A stretch of DNA of 64,000 nt from an uncultured bacterium (lineage in GTDB: Bacteria > Muiribacteriota > Ozemobacteria > Ozemobacterales > Ozemobacteraceae). The translations under genes and the position numbers were made by a program. Numbering within the stretch: position 1 is the stretch's first letter; each line of letters begins with the position of its first letter. The notes beneath the pieces were generated by a model. The model was given only the letters and a program-made list of their open reading frames with translations, was not told the DNA's origin and searched no databases. Location: assembly GCA_964474705.1 (NCBI GenBank), contig CAYYUI010000005.1, forward strand, positions 41,965 through 105,964, read 5' to 3'. Shown here in pieces: positions 46,989-56,231 of the stretch.

Positions 46989-47558
46989 TCAATTATTATG
47001 TTCGATTATCCAGCCGGCTGCTTCGCCCAGTGAAGAAAAGGTTTTGACCTGCTCGTAGCCGGGTAGAGGTTCCGGGCCGATCAATATTGGAGTCACGCCT
47101 GTCTTAATGCCGATTTTGATGTCAGAGCTGCGATCGCCGATCACATAAGATACTGCCGGGTCGATATCGTGCTCGCGAATGGCCCGCAGAATCATGCCGG
47201 GATTCGGTTTGCGGCATTCGCAATCGCTCAGGCCATCGCTATATGGAAAATCAGGGTGATGCGGGCAGTAATAAATGGCATCGAGTCTGGCGCCTGCAGT
47301 TGCCAGCTGATTCTGCAGTCTGGCATGAATTTTTTCGAGCTGGTCGAGGCTTATCAGACCGCGCGAAATGCCTGACTGATTGGTGATAAGAATCAGCAGA
47401 AAGCCTGTTTGCTGCAGTCGGGCAAGGGCTTCGGCTACCCCATCGTAAATGTTGAAGTCGTCGGGGTTCGAGATGTAGCCCGGGTCGGGGTTCAAGGTTC
47501 CGTCGCGGTCGAGAAATACAGCTTTATGCATTGGTTTTCCTGGTATCTGCAAGGTCAT
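46989..47558 (-). CDS. gmhB: D-glycero-D-manno-heptose 1,7-bisphosphate phosphatase GmhB (HAD family)
   Basis: FLDRDGTLN, ITNQSGI, CxCRKPxPGM motifs. Confidence 0.85.
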   Translation of the reverse strand: MTLQIPGKPMHKAVFLDRDGTLNPDPGYISNPDDFNIYDGVAEALARLQQTGFLLILITNQSGISRGLISLDQLEKIHARLQNQLATAGARLDAIYYCPHHPDFPYSDGLSDCECRKPNPGMILRAIREHDIDPAVSYVIGDRSSDIKIGIKTGVTPILIGPEPLPGYEQVKTFSSLGEAAGWIIEHNN

Positions 47559-48561
47559 ATTTGTCGATTATCTTTGCCAGAACAGTCTGGGGCTTGATCG
47601 CCCACATGCATGATTTGTGCGGGCAGGTTTCCTGGTGGCACTGCAGGCAGGTCAGGCTTTCTTCATACAGGGAAAGATGCCTGTCGCCGCGAGGTTCAAC
47701 AGCTTCGCGGGTCGTCGGGCCGAAGATCGCCACCGTCGGGGTATCGACCGCCCAGGCAATATTCATCGGGCCGGTATCAGCAGTGACGAAGAGGTCGAGG
47801 CAGGCCAGCAGAGCGGCAAATTCATCGATTTTTACTGCTTCGTGAACAAAGGCAGATCCGGTTCCGGCAGCTGCGACGATGGCTTCGGCCGCGGCCCGCT
47901 CACCCGGCCCCCATGTAACCAGTACCGGGTTGCCGGTGTGCGCATGCCAGAGTTTTATCAGCTCGACCCAGTATTCTTCGGGCCATGCTTTTGACGGGTA
48001 GGTGGTATGCGGGTTGATGCCAAGCAGTGGCCGATGCCCGAAAAAACCTGCCTTTATCGAATCAGCAGCTTTTCTGCCAGCGCTTTCAGACATCTTCAGG
48101 CCGGGAAAAGCGAGTTCGCCATCGATGCCAAAATGGTTGAAGAATTCACCGAACAGAAACATCAGATGGCGGTTGGGGTTGGCCGGGGAAAAGGTTTTTG
48201 TATAAGCGTGGCGGCGAAAACGGTAATCAAATCCGTATCGCTCGCGAATTCCGCTTAAAATGCTGATGACCGCCGTGCGTGGGTTGGCGAACAGGTCGTA
48301 TAGAGTCGAAAAGCGTTCGCGTCGTATTGCCCGCAGCAGTTTCACCGTTTCGACGATGCCCGCATGATTCGGCAGTTCGAAAAGCTTGATGCCAAGCTCG
48401 GGTGGAACTATCTGACCAAATGGTTTCTGGCAGAGCAGGGCAATGGTTTCATCGGGGTTCTGACGGCGCAACAAACGCAGCACCGGAATCAGATGAACGA
48501 TGTCTCCGAGCCCTTTGAGTCTGATTATCAATTTGCCGGGCATTTCTGGCTCCTGCTCCAT
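47524..48561 (-). CDS. glycosyltransferase family 9 (LPS heptosyltransferase-like)
   Basis: N-terminal IRLKGLGDIVHLIPVLRLL and C-terminal GT-B features; 35-nt overlap with gmhB. Confidence 0.75.
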   Translation of the reverse strand: MEQEPEMPGKLIIRLKGLGDIVHLIPVLRLLRRQNPDETIALLCQKPFGQIVPPELGIKLFELPNHAGIVETVKLLRAIRRERFSTLYDLFANPRTAVISILSGIRERYGFDYRFRRHAYTKTFSPANPNRHLMFLFGEFFNHFGIDGELAFPGLKMSESAGRKAADSIKAGFFGHRPLLGINPHTTYPSKAWPEEYWVELIKLWHAHTGNPVLVTWGPGERAAAEAIVAAAGTGSAFVHEAVKIDEFAALLACLDLFVTADTGPMNIAWAVDTPTVAIFGPTTREAVEPRGDRHLSLYEESLTCLQCHQETCPHKSCMWAIKPQTVLAKIIDKYDLADTRKTNA

Positions 48562-48680
48562 TTAGATGGCTGCTGCAATATAGCAGAGCTGCGGAATTTT
48601 TTCCAGCATCATCGATCTTGCGGGAGAGGCTGTTGACCATTATAATTAACGCATAATCAATGAGGACGAGGTACATTTTG

Positions 48681-49724
48681 ATGAAGAACCGGTATTTACA
48701 GGCTCTGCTGGTCGCTGTTCTGTTGTGTGTTTCAGCTCAGGCATGGGCGGGTTCTTTTTATCGCGTAATCGGCATGCTCGATGTGCGTGATGAGCAGGTG
48801 ATTCTTTCAACCGATGATTGCCGCGTCTTCAACCTGGAAATGTCATTGGGTGAAGCCCGCAAATATGATGGGCAGCTGGTGCAGATCGACGGAGTCGCCA
48901 AAGATTCAGTGCAGCTGGCAAAGCTCGATGTAAAAGCGGTTCGCCCATATGAACAACGAATTGAAATTAAAGACCCGCAGCCATACAAAAATTTTCAGAA
49001 GCCGGCTGAAGTTCTTAAATTCGGCGAAAAAGAGCTTATTGTTAAAAACGTTCGCTGGAAACGCCTCAAGGAAAAAAATGCCGCCGGCGAAACCGTATTC
49101 GCCTGGAAAACCGTAAAAATCAACCCTGACCTGGTTGAGGGCGCCTATCTGATCAAGAAGCCGTTCCCACCCGAATGGATTGCCGCCCATTGTCTGATGC
49201 TTTTCACCTTCAAAAAAGGCGGCATGGTCGACGATCAGGGCAACGAATCGCGCGGCCTGGTACTGACGATCGAGGCTTATCAGCGCAAAGACCAGAATTA
49301 TTCCCTCAAAGAAGGCATGAAGAAAACCTTTGGCATCCTCTGGATTCTCACCACCTGGGAAGACTACGCCGCCGAAACCTGCCATTTCGATACCAAAAAG
49401 CTGATTGCCTACCCGATCAAGTTTACAGCCGAACAGAACCGCAATCTGCTTCGAGAAGCGGTTCGACAGGCTGGTGTCAACCGGGCTGGCGAGTTCTATC
49501 ACACCACCCGCAACAATTGCACCAACAATCTGCTGGTGCTGATGAACAAGGTTGGTGACAAAAAACTTCGCTTCTGGACAATCCCCAGCATGATCTATAA
49601 CGTGCGTGCCACCATGCCGACCATGGTTCCGAAGTATCTGCAGGGCAAAGGTCTGATCGGCAAAGAATACCCGCCGGTAACCAAAGATAACTTCTTCGCA
49701 GACCCTGCTCAGCTGTTTAAATAA
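48681..49724 (+). CDS. secreted protein, possibly DUF4105-like
   Basis: Signal peptide; C-terminal YHTTRNNCTNN motif. Confidence 0.4.
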   Translation: MKNRYLQALLVAVLLCVSAQAWAGSFYRVIGMLDVRDEQVILSTDDCRVFNLEMSLGEARKYDGQLVQIDGVAKDSVQLAKLDVKAVRPYEQRIEIKDPQPYKNFQKPAEVLKFGEKELIVKNVRWKRLKEKNAAGETVFAWKTVKINPDLVEGAYLIKKPFPPEWIAAHCLMLFTFKKGGMVDDQGNESRGLVLTIEAYQRKDQNYSLKEGMKKTFGILWILTTWEDYAAETCHFDTKKLIAYPIKFTAEQNRNLLREAVRQAGVNRAGEFYHTTRNNCTNNLLVLMNKVGDKKLRFWTIPSMIYNVRATMPTMVPKYLQGKGLIGKEYPPVTKDNFFADPAQLFK

Positions 49725-49742
49725 TTAGAGCTGGCCTTCAAA

Positions 49743-49785
49743 GGGGGCTGTTTCAGAATCACTGAAACAGCCCCCTGATTTTTTT
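49743..49785 (+). terminator. rho-independent terminator (copy 1 of repeated GGGGCTGTTTCA hairpin)
   Basis: GGGGGCTGTTTCAG-AATCA-CTGAAACAGCCCCC followed by T7. Confidence 0.7.
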
Positions 49786-49961
49786 CCCGAAATGCTCGCA
49801 CTCATTTTAAACTTTAGTTTGCAGACAATTTACGGTAGACTGGGTGAAACAGCCATTATTGATAACTGTGAAAGCTCCTGTTGATTTGTCGTGTCGGTTG
49901 GTTCGACTGTTTTGTTTTTGCATTACTCAATAATTGCATATTCTAAGTTTCTGAGAATCTT

Positions 49962-51788
49962 ATGAAAGAATTTGAACTCGATCAGGAGCTGATTCCGCTG
50001 GCGCGCAAAACCCTCGGAATCTCAGACATGTTCGTCTGTCTCGATGAGACTGTGCTTGACAACCTTGTCGGCCTTGCCGGCAAACTGCATGTCTACGAAG
50101 ATCATGAACTGGTAATAACCGCCGGCAGCGCCTCTGATTTCTTTCTCGTTGTCATTAAAGGCGAAGTATCGGTTTCGATCGGCCAGGAAGAGAACTTTAT
50201 CGAAATTGCCAGACTTGGGCCGGGCCATATGGTTGGTGAGATCGCCATGCTGCGCGACGAGGCGCATTCATACTCGTATTTTGCCCGTGGGCGACTGGTG
50301 GCTCTCTGTTTTTCGTCATCGTTATTCTATGACCACATTCTAACGATTCCGGGAATAAACATTCCTTTGCCGCAGATTGTCGGCAGAAGATTTCAGGAAT
50401 CACCTGGTTATCAGGTTTCCATGGAAAATCGCAAAGAGATGCCGCTTCCCGATATTGGCCTCATGAAGCTTTTGCCTGCAGATTTTTTGCAGAGAAATCG
50501 TCTGTTTCCAGTTAAACTCATCGATAATCGTGTTGCAATCGGCTATTGCGAAATAATGCATCGTGACCTGCGTGAGTCTATAGCCCGTCTTCTGCCTGAT
50601 TATGAAGTTAGAACCATATTTTTTTCCACTGAATATTTCAATAGGGTCATGCAGAGATTTCTGGGTGAGCCGACAGCCGTTCAGGTTGGTAAAAGCCCCG
50701 GAAACCGGAGCGTAGATGATCTGCTCAGGCTGCTTGTCGCCGCCGGTGGTTCTGATCTATACCTTTCTGCCGGGCAGATCCCAAGATGGCGCATCGATGG
50801 AGAGATTCAAGAGATTCCCGACGCCGAAAAATTCGGTTCAGAAGAAGTTCTCGATCTTCTCAGACCGGTTGCCAGAACCGAGATTCTTGCCTCTTTCGCA
50901 GATTCATGCGATGAGGATTTCGCCTATTCAATGAGCTGCGGCTATCGTTTCAGAATCAATCTGCTGCGCGATCACAATGGGGTCAGCGCTGTCTTTCGTC
51001 ATATTTCGACTGAAATACATTCACTGGAAACGCTTGAATTGCCTGACATTCTCACTAAATTCTGTGAGATGCCAAAGGGGCTGGTGCTGGTGACCGGGCC
51101 GACCGGTTGCGGCAAATCGACGACTCTCGCTGCGATGATCGACTGGATCAACCGCCGCCGCCGCCGCCATATTCTGACTATCGAAGATCCAATCGAGTTC
51201 GTTCATGGCAGTCAACAGGCTCTGATTAATCAGCGTGAGGTAGGCATTCATACCCGTAGTTTTGCCAAGGCTCTGCGTGCCGGTTTGCGTGAAAACCCGG
51301 ATATTGTCATGGTGGGCGAAATACGTGATAACGAAACCATGGCAATGGCCCTTGAAACCGCCAATACCGGCCATCTGGTCTTTGCTACACTTCATACGGC
51401 TACGGCACCGAGCACGATCGACCGGGTAATTGACAATTTTCCGCCCGAAGGGCAGAACCAGGTGCGTATGTTTCTCGCCGACAACCTGATCGGCGTTGTC
51501 TGTCAGACTTTGTGCCGACGCATCAGTCGCGGTTGCGTTCCAGCCTTTGAAATCATGGTAATGGACCCGGCCATGGCCAATCTCATCCGTACCGGAAAAA
51601 CCTACATGCTGCCGAACGCCATGCTCACTGCCCAGGCAAATGGCAATCGTCTTCTCAACGACGATCTCTGCAATCTTGTGCGCAATGGCACGATTACTCT
51701 TGCTGAAGCTATGAATAAAACGCGCGACAAGACAGAACTCGAACGCAAGCTTGGTGAAATTGCCCATCCCCCGGAACGGAAAGACTGA
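49962..51788 (+). CDS. PilT-family type IV pilus retraction ATPase fused to N-terminal cNMP-binding-like and GspE_N-like domains
   Basis: PilT motifs: Walker A GPTGCGKST, EDPIEF, NPDIVMVGEIRD, His box GHLVFATLHT, C-terminal AMANLIRTGKTY. N-terminal ~120 aa beta-roll with GEIAML (cNMP-binding-like), then a T2SSE_N-like segment. Confidence 0.7.
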   Translation: MKEFELDQELIPLARKTLGISDMFVCLDETVLDNLVGLAGKLHVYEDHELVITAGSASDFFLVVIKGEVSVSIGQEENFIEIARLGPGHMVGEIAMLRDEAHSYSYFARGRLVALCFSSSLFYDHILTIPGINIPLPQIVGRRFQESPGYQVSMENRKEMPLPDIGLMKLLPADFLQRNRLFPVKLIDNRVAIGYCEIMHRDLRESIARLLPDYEVRTIFFSTEYFNRVMQRFLGEPTAVQVGKSPGNRSVDDLLRLLVAAGGSDLYLSAGQIPRWRIDGEIQEIPDAEKFGSEEVLDLLRPVARTEILASFADSCDEDFAYSMSCGYRFRINLLRDHNGVSAVFRHISTEIHSLETLELPDILTKFCEMPKGLVLVTGPTGCGKSTTLAAMIDWINRRRRRHILTIEDPIEFVHGSQQALINQREVGIHTRSFAKALRAGLRENPDIVMVGEIRDNETMAMALETANTGHLVFATLHTATAPSTIDRVIDNFPPEGQNQVRMFLADNLIGVVCQTLCRRISRGCVPAFEIMVMDPAMANLIRTGKTYMLPNAMLTAQANGNRLLNDDLCNLVRNGTITLAEAMNKTRDKTELERKLGEIAHPPERKD

Positions 51789-51819
51789 CGAGAGAGGGCA
51801 GCACTTTTCAGGAGGCCTT

Positions 51820-53061
51820 ATGAAAAAACCTTTGGTCGCTGAAATGATCAGCGTCGGAACCGAACTCCTTCTTGGCGAAATTATCGATACCAACGCGGCA
51901 TTTCTCGGTGAGCGTCTTCGCGACCTCGGTATCTTTGTATATCGTCGCCAGACTCTCGGTGATAACCTTGAACGCCTGGCTTCTTCGATAAAAGATGTTC
52001 TTGAAAGGGCTGATCTGCTGATTCTCTGCGGCGGGCTTGGGCCTACTGACGATGACTTGACGCGCGAAGCAATCGCAGGCGCATTGGGCGAAACGCCTCA
52101 TGTCGACGCCGGGCTGCTAAAAGACCTTGAAGAGAAATTCCAGGCCAGAAAACGCGTCATGGCCGAAGGAAACCGCAAACAGGCCTGGCTTATCGACAGT
52201 GCCAGAGCTCTTGCCAATCCATACGGCACTGCACCGGGCTGGTTTGTCGAAAAGGGCGGAAAAATTATCATCGCCCTGCCGGGGCCGCCTTCCGAGCTTA
52301 CCAGAATGTGGACGGAACAGGTCGAGAAACTGTTGCCCGAATCGGGCCGGGTTCTCTACCACCGCACTCTTCATACCATCGGCATCGGCGAGTCTGATCT
52401 TGCCGAACGCATTAGAGATTTTACCCGGCTTGAATCTCCGGGAATCGGCACTTATGCCCGTAACAGCGGCGTCGATGTCAGAATTGCCGCCAGTGCCGGC
52501 AATTCAACTCAGGCGCAGGCGATCGCCGACCCGGTCATCCGTGAGATAGAACTGCTTCTTGCCCCCTGGATTTTCGGCTGTGACGACGAAACAGTGGTTT
52601 CAGCCATCAAAAAGATTCTCGAGACCAGGCACCAGACTTTTGCCTGCCTGGAATCAGTGACCGGCGGCAGTCTTGCCGCTGAGATCACTGATTGCCCAGG
52701 TATCAGCAGCTGTTTCAGTGGTTCATTGACCGCTTATACCGCGCAAGCGAAAATCATGGCAGGTGTCGATGCCGCGCTTATCGAGCGTTATGGCGTAGTT
52801 TCTGCTGAAGTCGCTGTTGCTATGGCCGTCGCGGCGCGCAAAATGTTCAAGGCCGACTGGGGTATGTCTACTACTGGTGTTGCCGGCCCTGCAAGTCTCG
52901 ATGGTAAATCTCCGGGAACCGCCTGGGTTGCCGTGTCCGGCCCTGCCGGTGATAAGGCGGCATTCGTGGATTGGCCCGGAGACAGGGCTATGGTGAAGAA
53001 ACGTGTCTGCCGGACCGTTTTCCAGACTTTTTTAGATCTCCTCAAAGGTCGCACCGGGTGA
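51820..53061 (+). CDS. cinA: CinA (competence/damage-inducible protein A; MocF-like N-domain + nicotinamide-nucleotide amidase C-domain)
   Basis: AEMISVGTELLLGEIIDTNAAFL N-terminal signature, C-terminal CinA domain (ESVTGGSLAAEIT); AGGAGG RBS before ATG at 51820. Confidence 0.85.
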   Translation: MKKPLVAEMISVGTELLLGEIIDTNAAFLGERLRDLGIFVYRRQTLGDNLERLASSIKDVLERADLLILCGGLGPTDDDLTREAIAGALGETPHVDAGLLKDLEEKFQARKRVMAEGNRKQAWLIDSARALANPYGTAPGWFVEKGGKIIIALPGPPSELTRMWTEQVEKLLPESGRVLYHRTLHTIGIGESDLAERIRDFTRLESPGIGTYARNSGVDVRIAASAGNSTQAQAIADPVIREIELLLAPWIFGCDDETVVSAIKKILETRHQTFACLESVTGGSLAAEITDCPGISSCFSGSLTAYTAQAKIMAGVDAALIERYGVVSAEVAVAMAVAARKMFKADWGMSTTGVAGPASLDGKSPGTAWVAVSGPAGDKAAFVDWPGDRAMVKKRVCRTVFQTFLDLLKGRTG

Positions 53062-53585
53062 TGGAAGCAACCATGCGTCTGTTCTTTGCTTTGCAGGTTC
53101 CCGATACCGTCTGTGCGCAACTGGCAGCGTTTTCGCAAACCCTTGCTGAGCCATGGCGCCCGGTATCGGCCGAAAGGATGCATATTACTCTTGCCTTCAT
53201 GTCCGAAGTTCCGGAAAGCCGTCTGGCCGAAATCATCGACTTTGGAAAAAAAGCTGCCCTGGAAGTTGAGACTTTTGTCGTTTCCCTTGCGGAATGTGGC
53301 TGTTTCCCTGAAAGAGGGAATCCGAACGTTTTGTATGTAAAGATCGAAGGTGGAGCATGGTTCATTAAACTTGCTGAGGGTTTGCGCCGCCGACTCGGGC
53401 CCCTGGCGGATCAGAAAGAGGTGAAGCCTCATCTGACGCTGGCCAGGTGCCGTCATGGTCGCGCTGAAAAATTCGAACACCGGTTCGCGGGCGGCTGGAA
53501 AGTCAGCGGGTTTTGTCTGGTAAAAAGCGACCTGACCTCAGAGGGAGCCAGATACGAGGTGTTGCAGGAATTTTCTTTCGGGTGA
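53061..53585 (+). CDS. thpR: RNA 2',3'-cyclic phosphodiesterase ThpR/LigT (2H phosphoesterase)
   Basis: Two HxT/S motifs (HITLAF, HLTLAR); ATGA overlap with cinA stop. Confidence 0.75.
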   Translation: MEATMRLFFALQVPDTVCAQLAAFSQTLAEPWRPVSAERMHITLAFMSEVPESRLAEIIDFGKKAALEVETFVVSLAECGCFPERGNPNVLYVKIEGGAWFIKLAEGLRRRLGPLADQKEVKPHLTLARCRHGRAEKFEHRFAGGWKVSGFCLVKSDLTSEGARYEVLQEFSFG

Positions 53586-53588
53586 ATG

Positions 53589-53630
53589 AAAAAAGGGGCT
53601 GTTTCAAATTCTCATGAAACAGCCCCTTTT
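53589..53630. terminator. bidirectional rho-independent terminator (copy 2 of GGGGCTGTTTCA hairpin)
   Basis: A-run, GGGGCTGTTTCA-AATTCTCA-TGAAACAGCCCC, T-run; between convergent genes. Confidence 0.75.
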
Positions 53631-53641
53631 GCTGATCGAGC

Positions 53642-54967
53642 TTACTTGAAGTTCGCGTCGTGCAGAGTTTTGATCAACTCATATGATGCTTTTGCCTGGC
53701 TGACCTGGCGTTTATACGGGGCCACATATTCTTCGATAAAGCTGCTGTGGCTGGCGATCAGACGATCGTAGTCATGGCGGGCTTCTTCAACTTTGTTTTC
53801 ATAGGGGCGCATATAGTCTCTGATGATACCTTCGCGATTTCTTCTTACATAGTCACGGTCACGGCAGGCCTGATCAAAATTGCTCTGGGCGCGGGTGATT
53901 TCGTCGGGGGTTGCTGTCGTGCTTGCTTTGAGTTGTTTAAGCCGTTCATCGGCGCGTCTGACGTTGTCTTCGGCACCACGCATGCGCTGTTCATAATCAC
54001 GTTCGGCATCCCAGCGGGCGCGATGCAGGTTTTCTTCAGCATCCTTGATTTCGTTGCTGGCGCGGCGAACCTTGTCTTCGAAGTTGCGTTCGGCTGCTTC
54101 CTTCTGGCGTTCAAGAATTTCGATGGCGGCGCTGTACTCATTATGATAGCGGTCGACCAGTGAAAAACTGACCAGGGCCGGAGTTTCGTTCAAGTCGCCG
54201 GCGAGCAGGTCGACTGCTTTGCGGTAGTCTTTGGAGGCTTGAATGAAATTGCCGGAATGGCCCATGACCGCTTTGGCGATATAAACGTCAGAGAGGCGTC
54301 TGAAGAAATCGGGGTAGTCGATTTTGCGCTGCGGGTAATCGTATTTTTCGATAAGTTCGAGAGCGGTAAGTTCGGCGCTGTTGCCTGCCCAGGGGCTGAG
54401 AACCTCGAACAGCCAGTAAACCGCTTCCTTCATGCCATTGTCGAGTTTGTAGCAATCGACGACTTCAAGCAGCACGTTGTCGGTTCGCTGCATTTCGAGC
54501 AGCCACTTGACCGCCTGCTGATAGTCAGCCGAAGCTTTGTAGCAGCCGGCAATGCGTTCTCTGACCGCATCGTTGCGATTTTCTACCTTGAGATAATATT
54601 CAATTGCCTTACTATACTGGCCATGTTTCTCAAAAGTCTGGGCAACCGAAAAGACCATTTTCTGAACCTGTTCGGAGACACTGCGAACCTGAGCATACTG
54701 CTGGTCGACGAGTGTCTGATTTTTGGCGATTTCGGCATCGAGGGCTTTCTTTTTGCCTCCCTGAAACCAGCCGCTGGCCCCGTCGTATTTTGAGCGGTCT
54801 TTCTGCAGCTGGTCAAGACGAAGTTCGGGAACGAGAAGCTGAGTTTCGGCCTGAATCAGCTGTTTTTCAAGTTCGGCGATGTCCTTTTCTTCGGCTGCCT
54901 GGGCGACAAAAGAACTGAGAGCGATACCACCAGCGAAAATACCAGTCAGAAGTCTGTTGTATTTCAT
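53642..54967 (-). CDS. secreted TPR/coiled-coil protein, function unknown
   Basis: Signal peptide (start 54967, GGGAG RBS); TPR-like Y/A-rich repeats, then a charged coiled-coil C-terminus. Confidence 0.5.
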   Translation of the reverse strand: MKYNRLLTGIFAGGIALSSFVAQAAEEKDIAELEKQLIQAETQLLVPELRLDQLQKDRSKYDGASGWFQGGKKKALDAEIAKNQTLVDQQYAQVRSVSEQVQKMVFSVAQTFEKHGQYSKAIEYYLKVENRNDAVRERIAGCYKASADYQQAVKWLLEMQRTDNVLLEVVDCYKLDNGMKEAVYWLFEVLSPWAGNSAELTALELIEKYDYPQRKIDYPDFFRRLSDVYIAKAVMGHSGNFIQASKDYRKAVDLLAGDLNETPALVSFSLVDRYHNEYSAAIEILERQKEAAERNFEDKVRRASNEIKDAEENLHRARWDAERDYEQRMRGAEDNVRRADERLKQLKASTTATPDEITRAQSNFDQACRDRDYVRRNREGIIRDYMRPYENKVEEARHDYDRLIASHSSFIEEYVAPYKRQVSQAKASYELIKTLHDANFK

Positions 54968-54990
54968 TTTTGTTTCTCCCATTTTTGCTT

Positions 54991-56007
54991 TCAGCGGGCG
55001 CTCACATAAAGATCGCCAAGTTCCGAACTGCTGGCGTAGACGGCGTTGCGGGCATTGCCGTTCTTCGAGGTTACGCGGATCTGAGCTACGACATTCTTCA
55101 GCTGAAGTTTGCTTTCACCGGCGACATTTTCAAGAGAACCGAGAGTAGCCAGTTCGCTGTAATTGTGTTCGGCCAGATAGGCGATCGGATCCTTTTCGAT
55201 AACGGATTTGTACCAGGAGAGTTCGCCCATGACACTGCTGCCGCTCTTGGGAGCGATAACGAATTCAACACTTTTCTTACCAGACCAGAAACCACCGGCG
55301 GTGATGGTAATATAGGCTTTGAGATCGGACTGAACGACGTCGCCGCCGAAGTGGCCGAGCAGGGCGTCGACAACGTATTTTTTGCCTGAGAAGTAAAAGC
55401 CGTGAACCGGGTTTTCGGCACCTTCATTGGTATTGTCTGAGAGAATGCGGCAGCCATGGCGCTTGAAGATTTCTTTGAGATTGTCGAGTCTGCGGTTCTG
55501 TTTGGTATCTTCAAGAGAAATCACTGCTTCGACGACCGGAACGTCGATCATGATCATGCGGCGCTGTCGGCTGTTAAGAAGTTTCGTGGGTTCACTGGCA
55601 GCCCGGCCGCTGGTTCTGACGCTTACTGCAGCTGCGGCGGGAGCAGTGCTGCTGACGAAGGCAGCGCGCTGCTGCAGCATTTTTTCTACTGCAGCGACTG
55701 TGTGGGCGTTGAGGTCGCCGGCAGCGGCAAAGTCTGCGAGGGCCTTTTCCGCAGCGGCAAAGTCTTCGCTGCTGTTGAGTGAGCCAAGTATATCTCTGAT
55801 GCGTTTTTCGGCGCGATCAGCACGGTCGGCGGCGGCTGAATAAGCTTCGCGCTCAGCACTGCCGGCACGTTCGCTTATCGAATAAGCGGTCTGGGAAATA
55901 CCTTCGGAGAGTTCGCCAAGGGCGCCGGTAAAATCTGCGCCATCGAAGGCATGAAGGGTCAGGGATGCGAGGGTAAAAAGAACAATCAGAACGGTTTTTC
56001 GCAACAT
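54991..56007 (-). CDS. secreted hypothetical protein
   Basis: Signal peptide; Ala-rich helical N-domain plus C-terminal beta domain. Confidence 0.45.
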   Translation of the reverse strand: MLRKTVLIVLFTLASLTLHAFDGADFTGALGELSEGISQTAYSISERAGSAEREAYSAAADRADRAEKRIRDILGSLNSSEDFAAAEKALADFAAAGDLNAHTVAAVEKMLQQRAAFVSSTAPAAAAVSVRTSGRAASEPTKLLNSRQRRMIMIDVPVVEAVISLEDTKQNRRLDNLKEIFKRHGCRILSDNTNEGAENPVHGFYFSGKKYVVDALLGHFGGDVVQSDLKAYITITAGGFWSGKKSVEFVIAPKSGSSVMGELSWYKSVIEKDPIAYLAEHNYSELATLGSLENVAGESKLQLKNVVAQIRVTSKNGNARNAVYASSSELGDLYVSAR

Positions 56008-56231
56008 GGGCCACCTTCTTAAAAAAAGTGAGAACAAGAAAGAATTGAAGCAATTTCTATGCCATTAGTGTAAGTCCCGGTACATCATGTTTGCTGTGGG
56101 GTGCTGCTGAAATTTGCCCAAAATCCGGCGACTGAAAGACAAATTTCCGGCATTGGGCAGGTGGTTGCAATTGAATTGGGAAAGCGGTATATTTCGCGAT
56201 GCTATCTGATTCATGTAAAGGAAATCATCAT

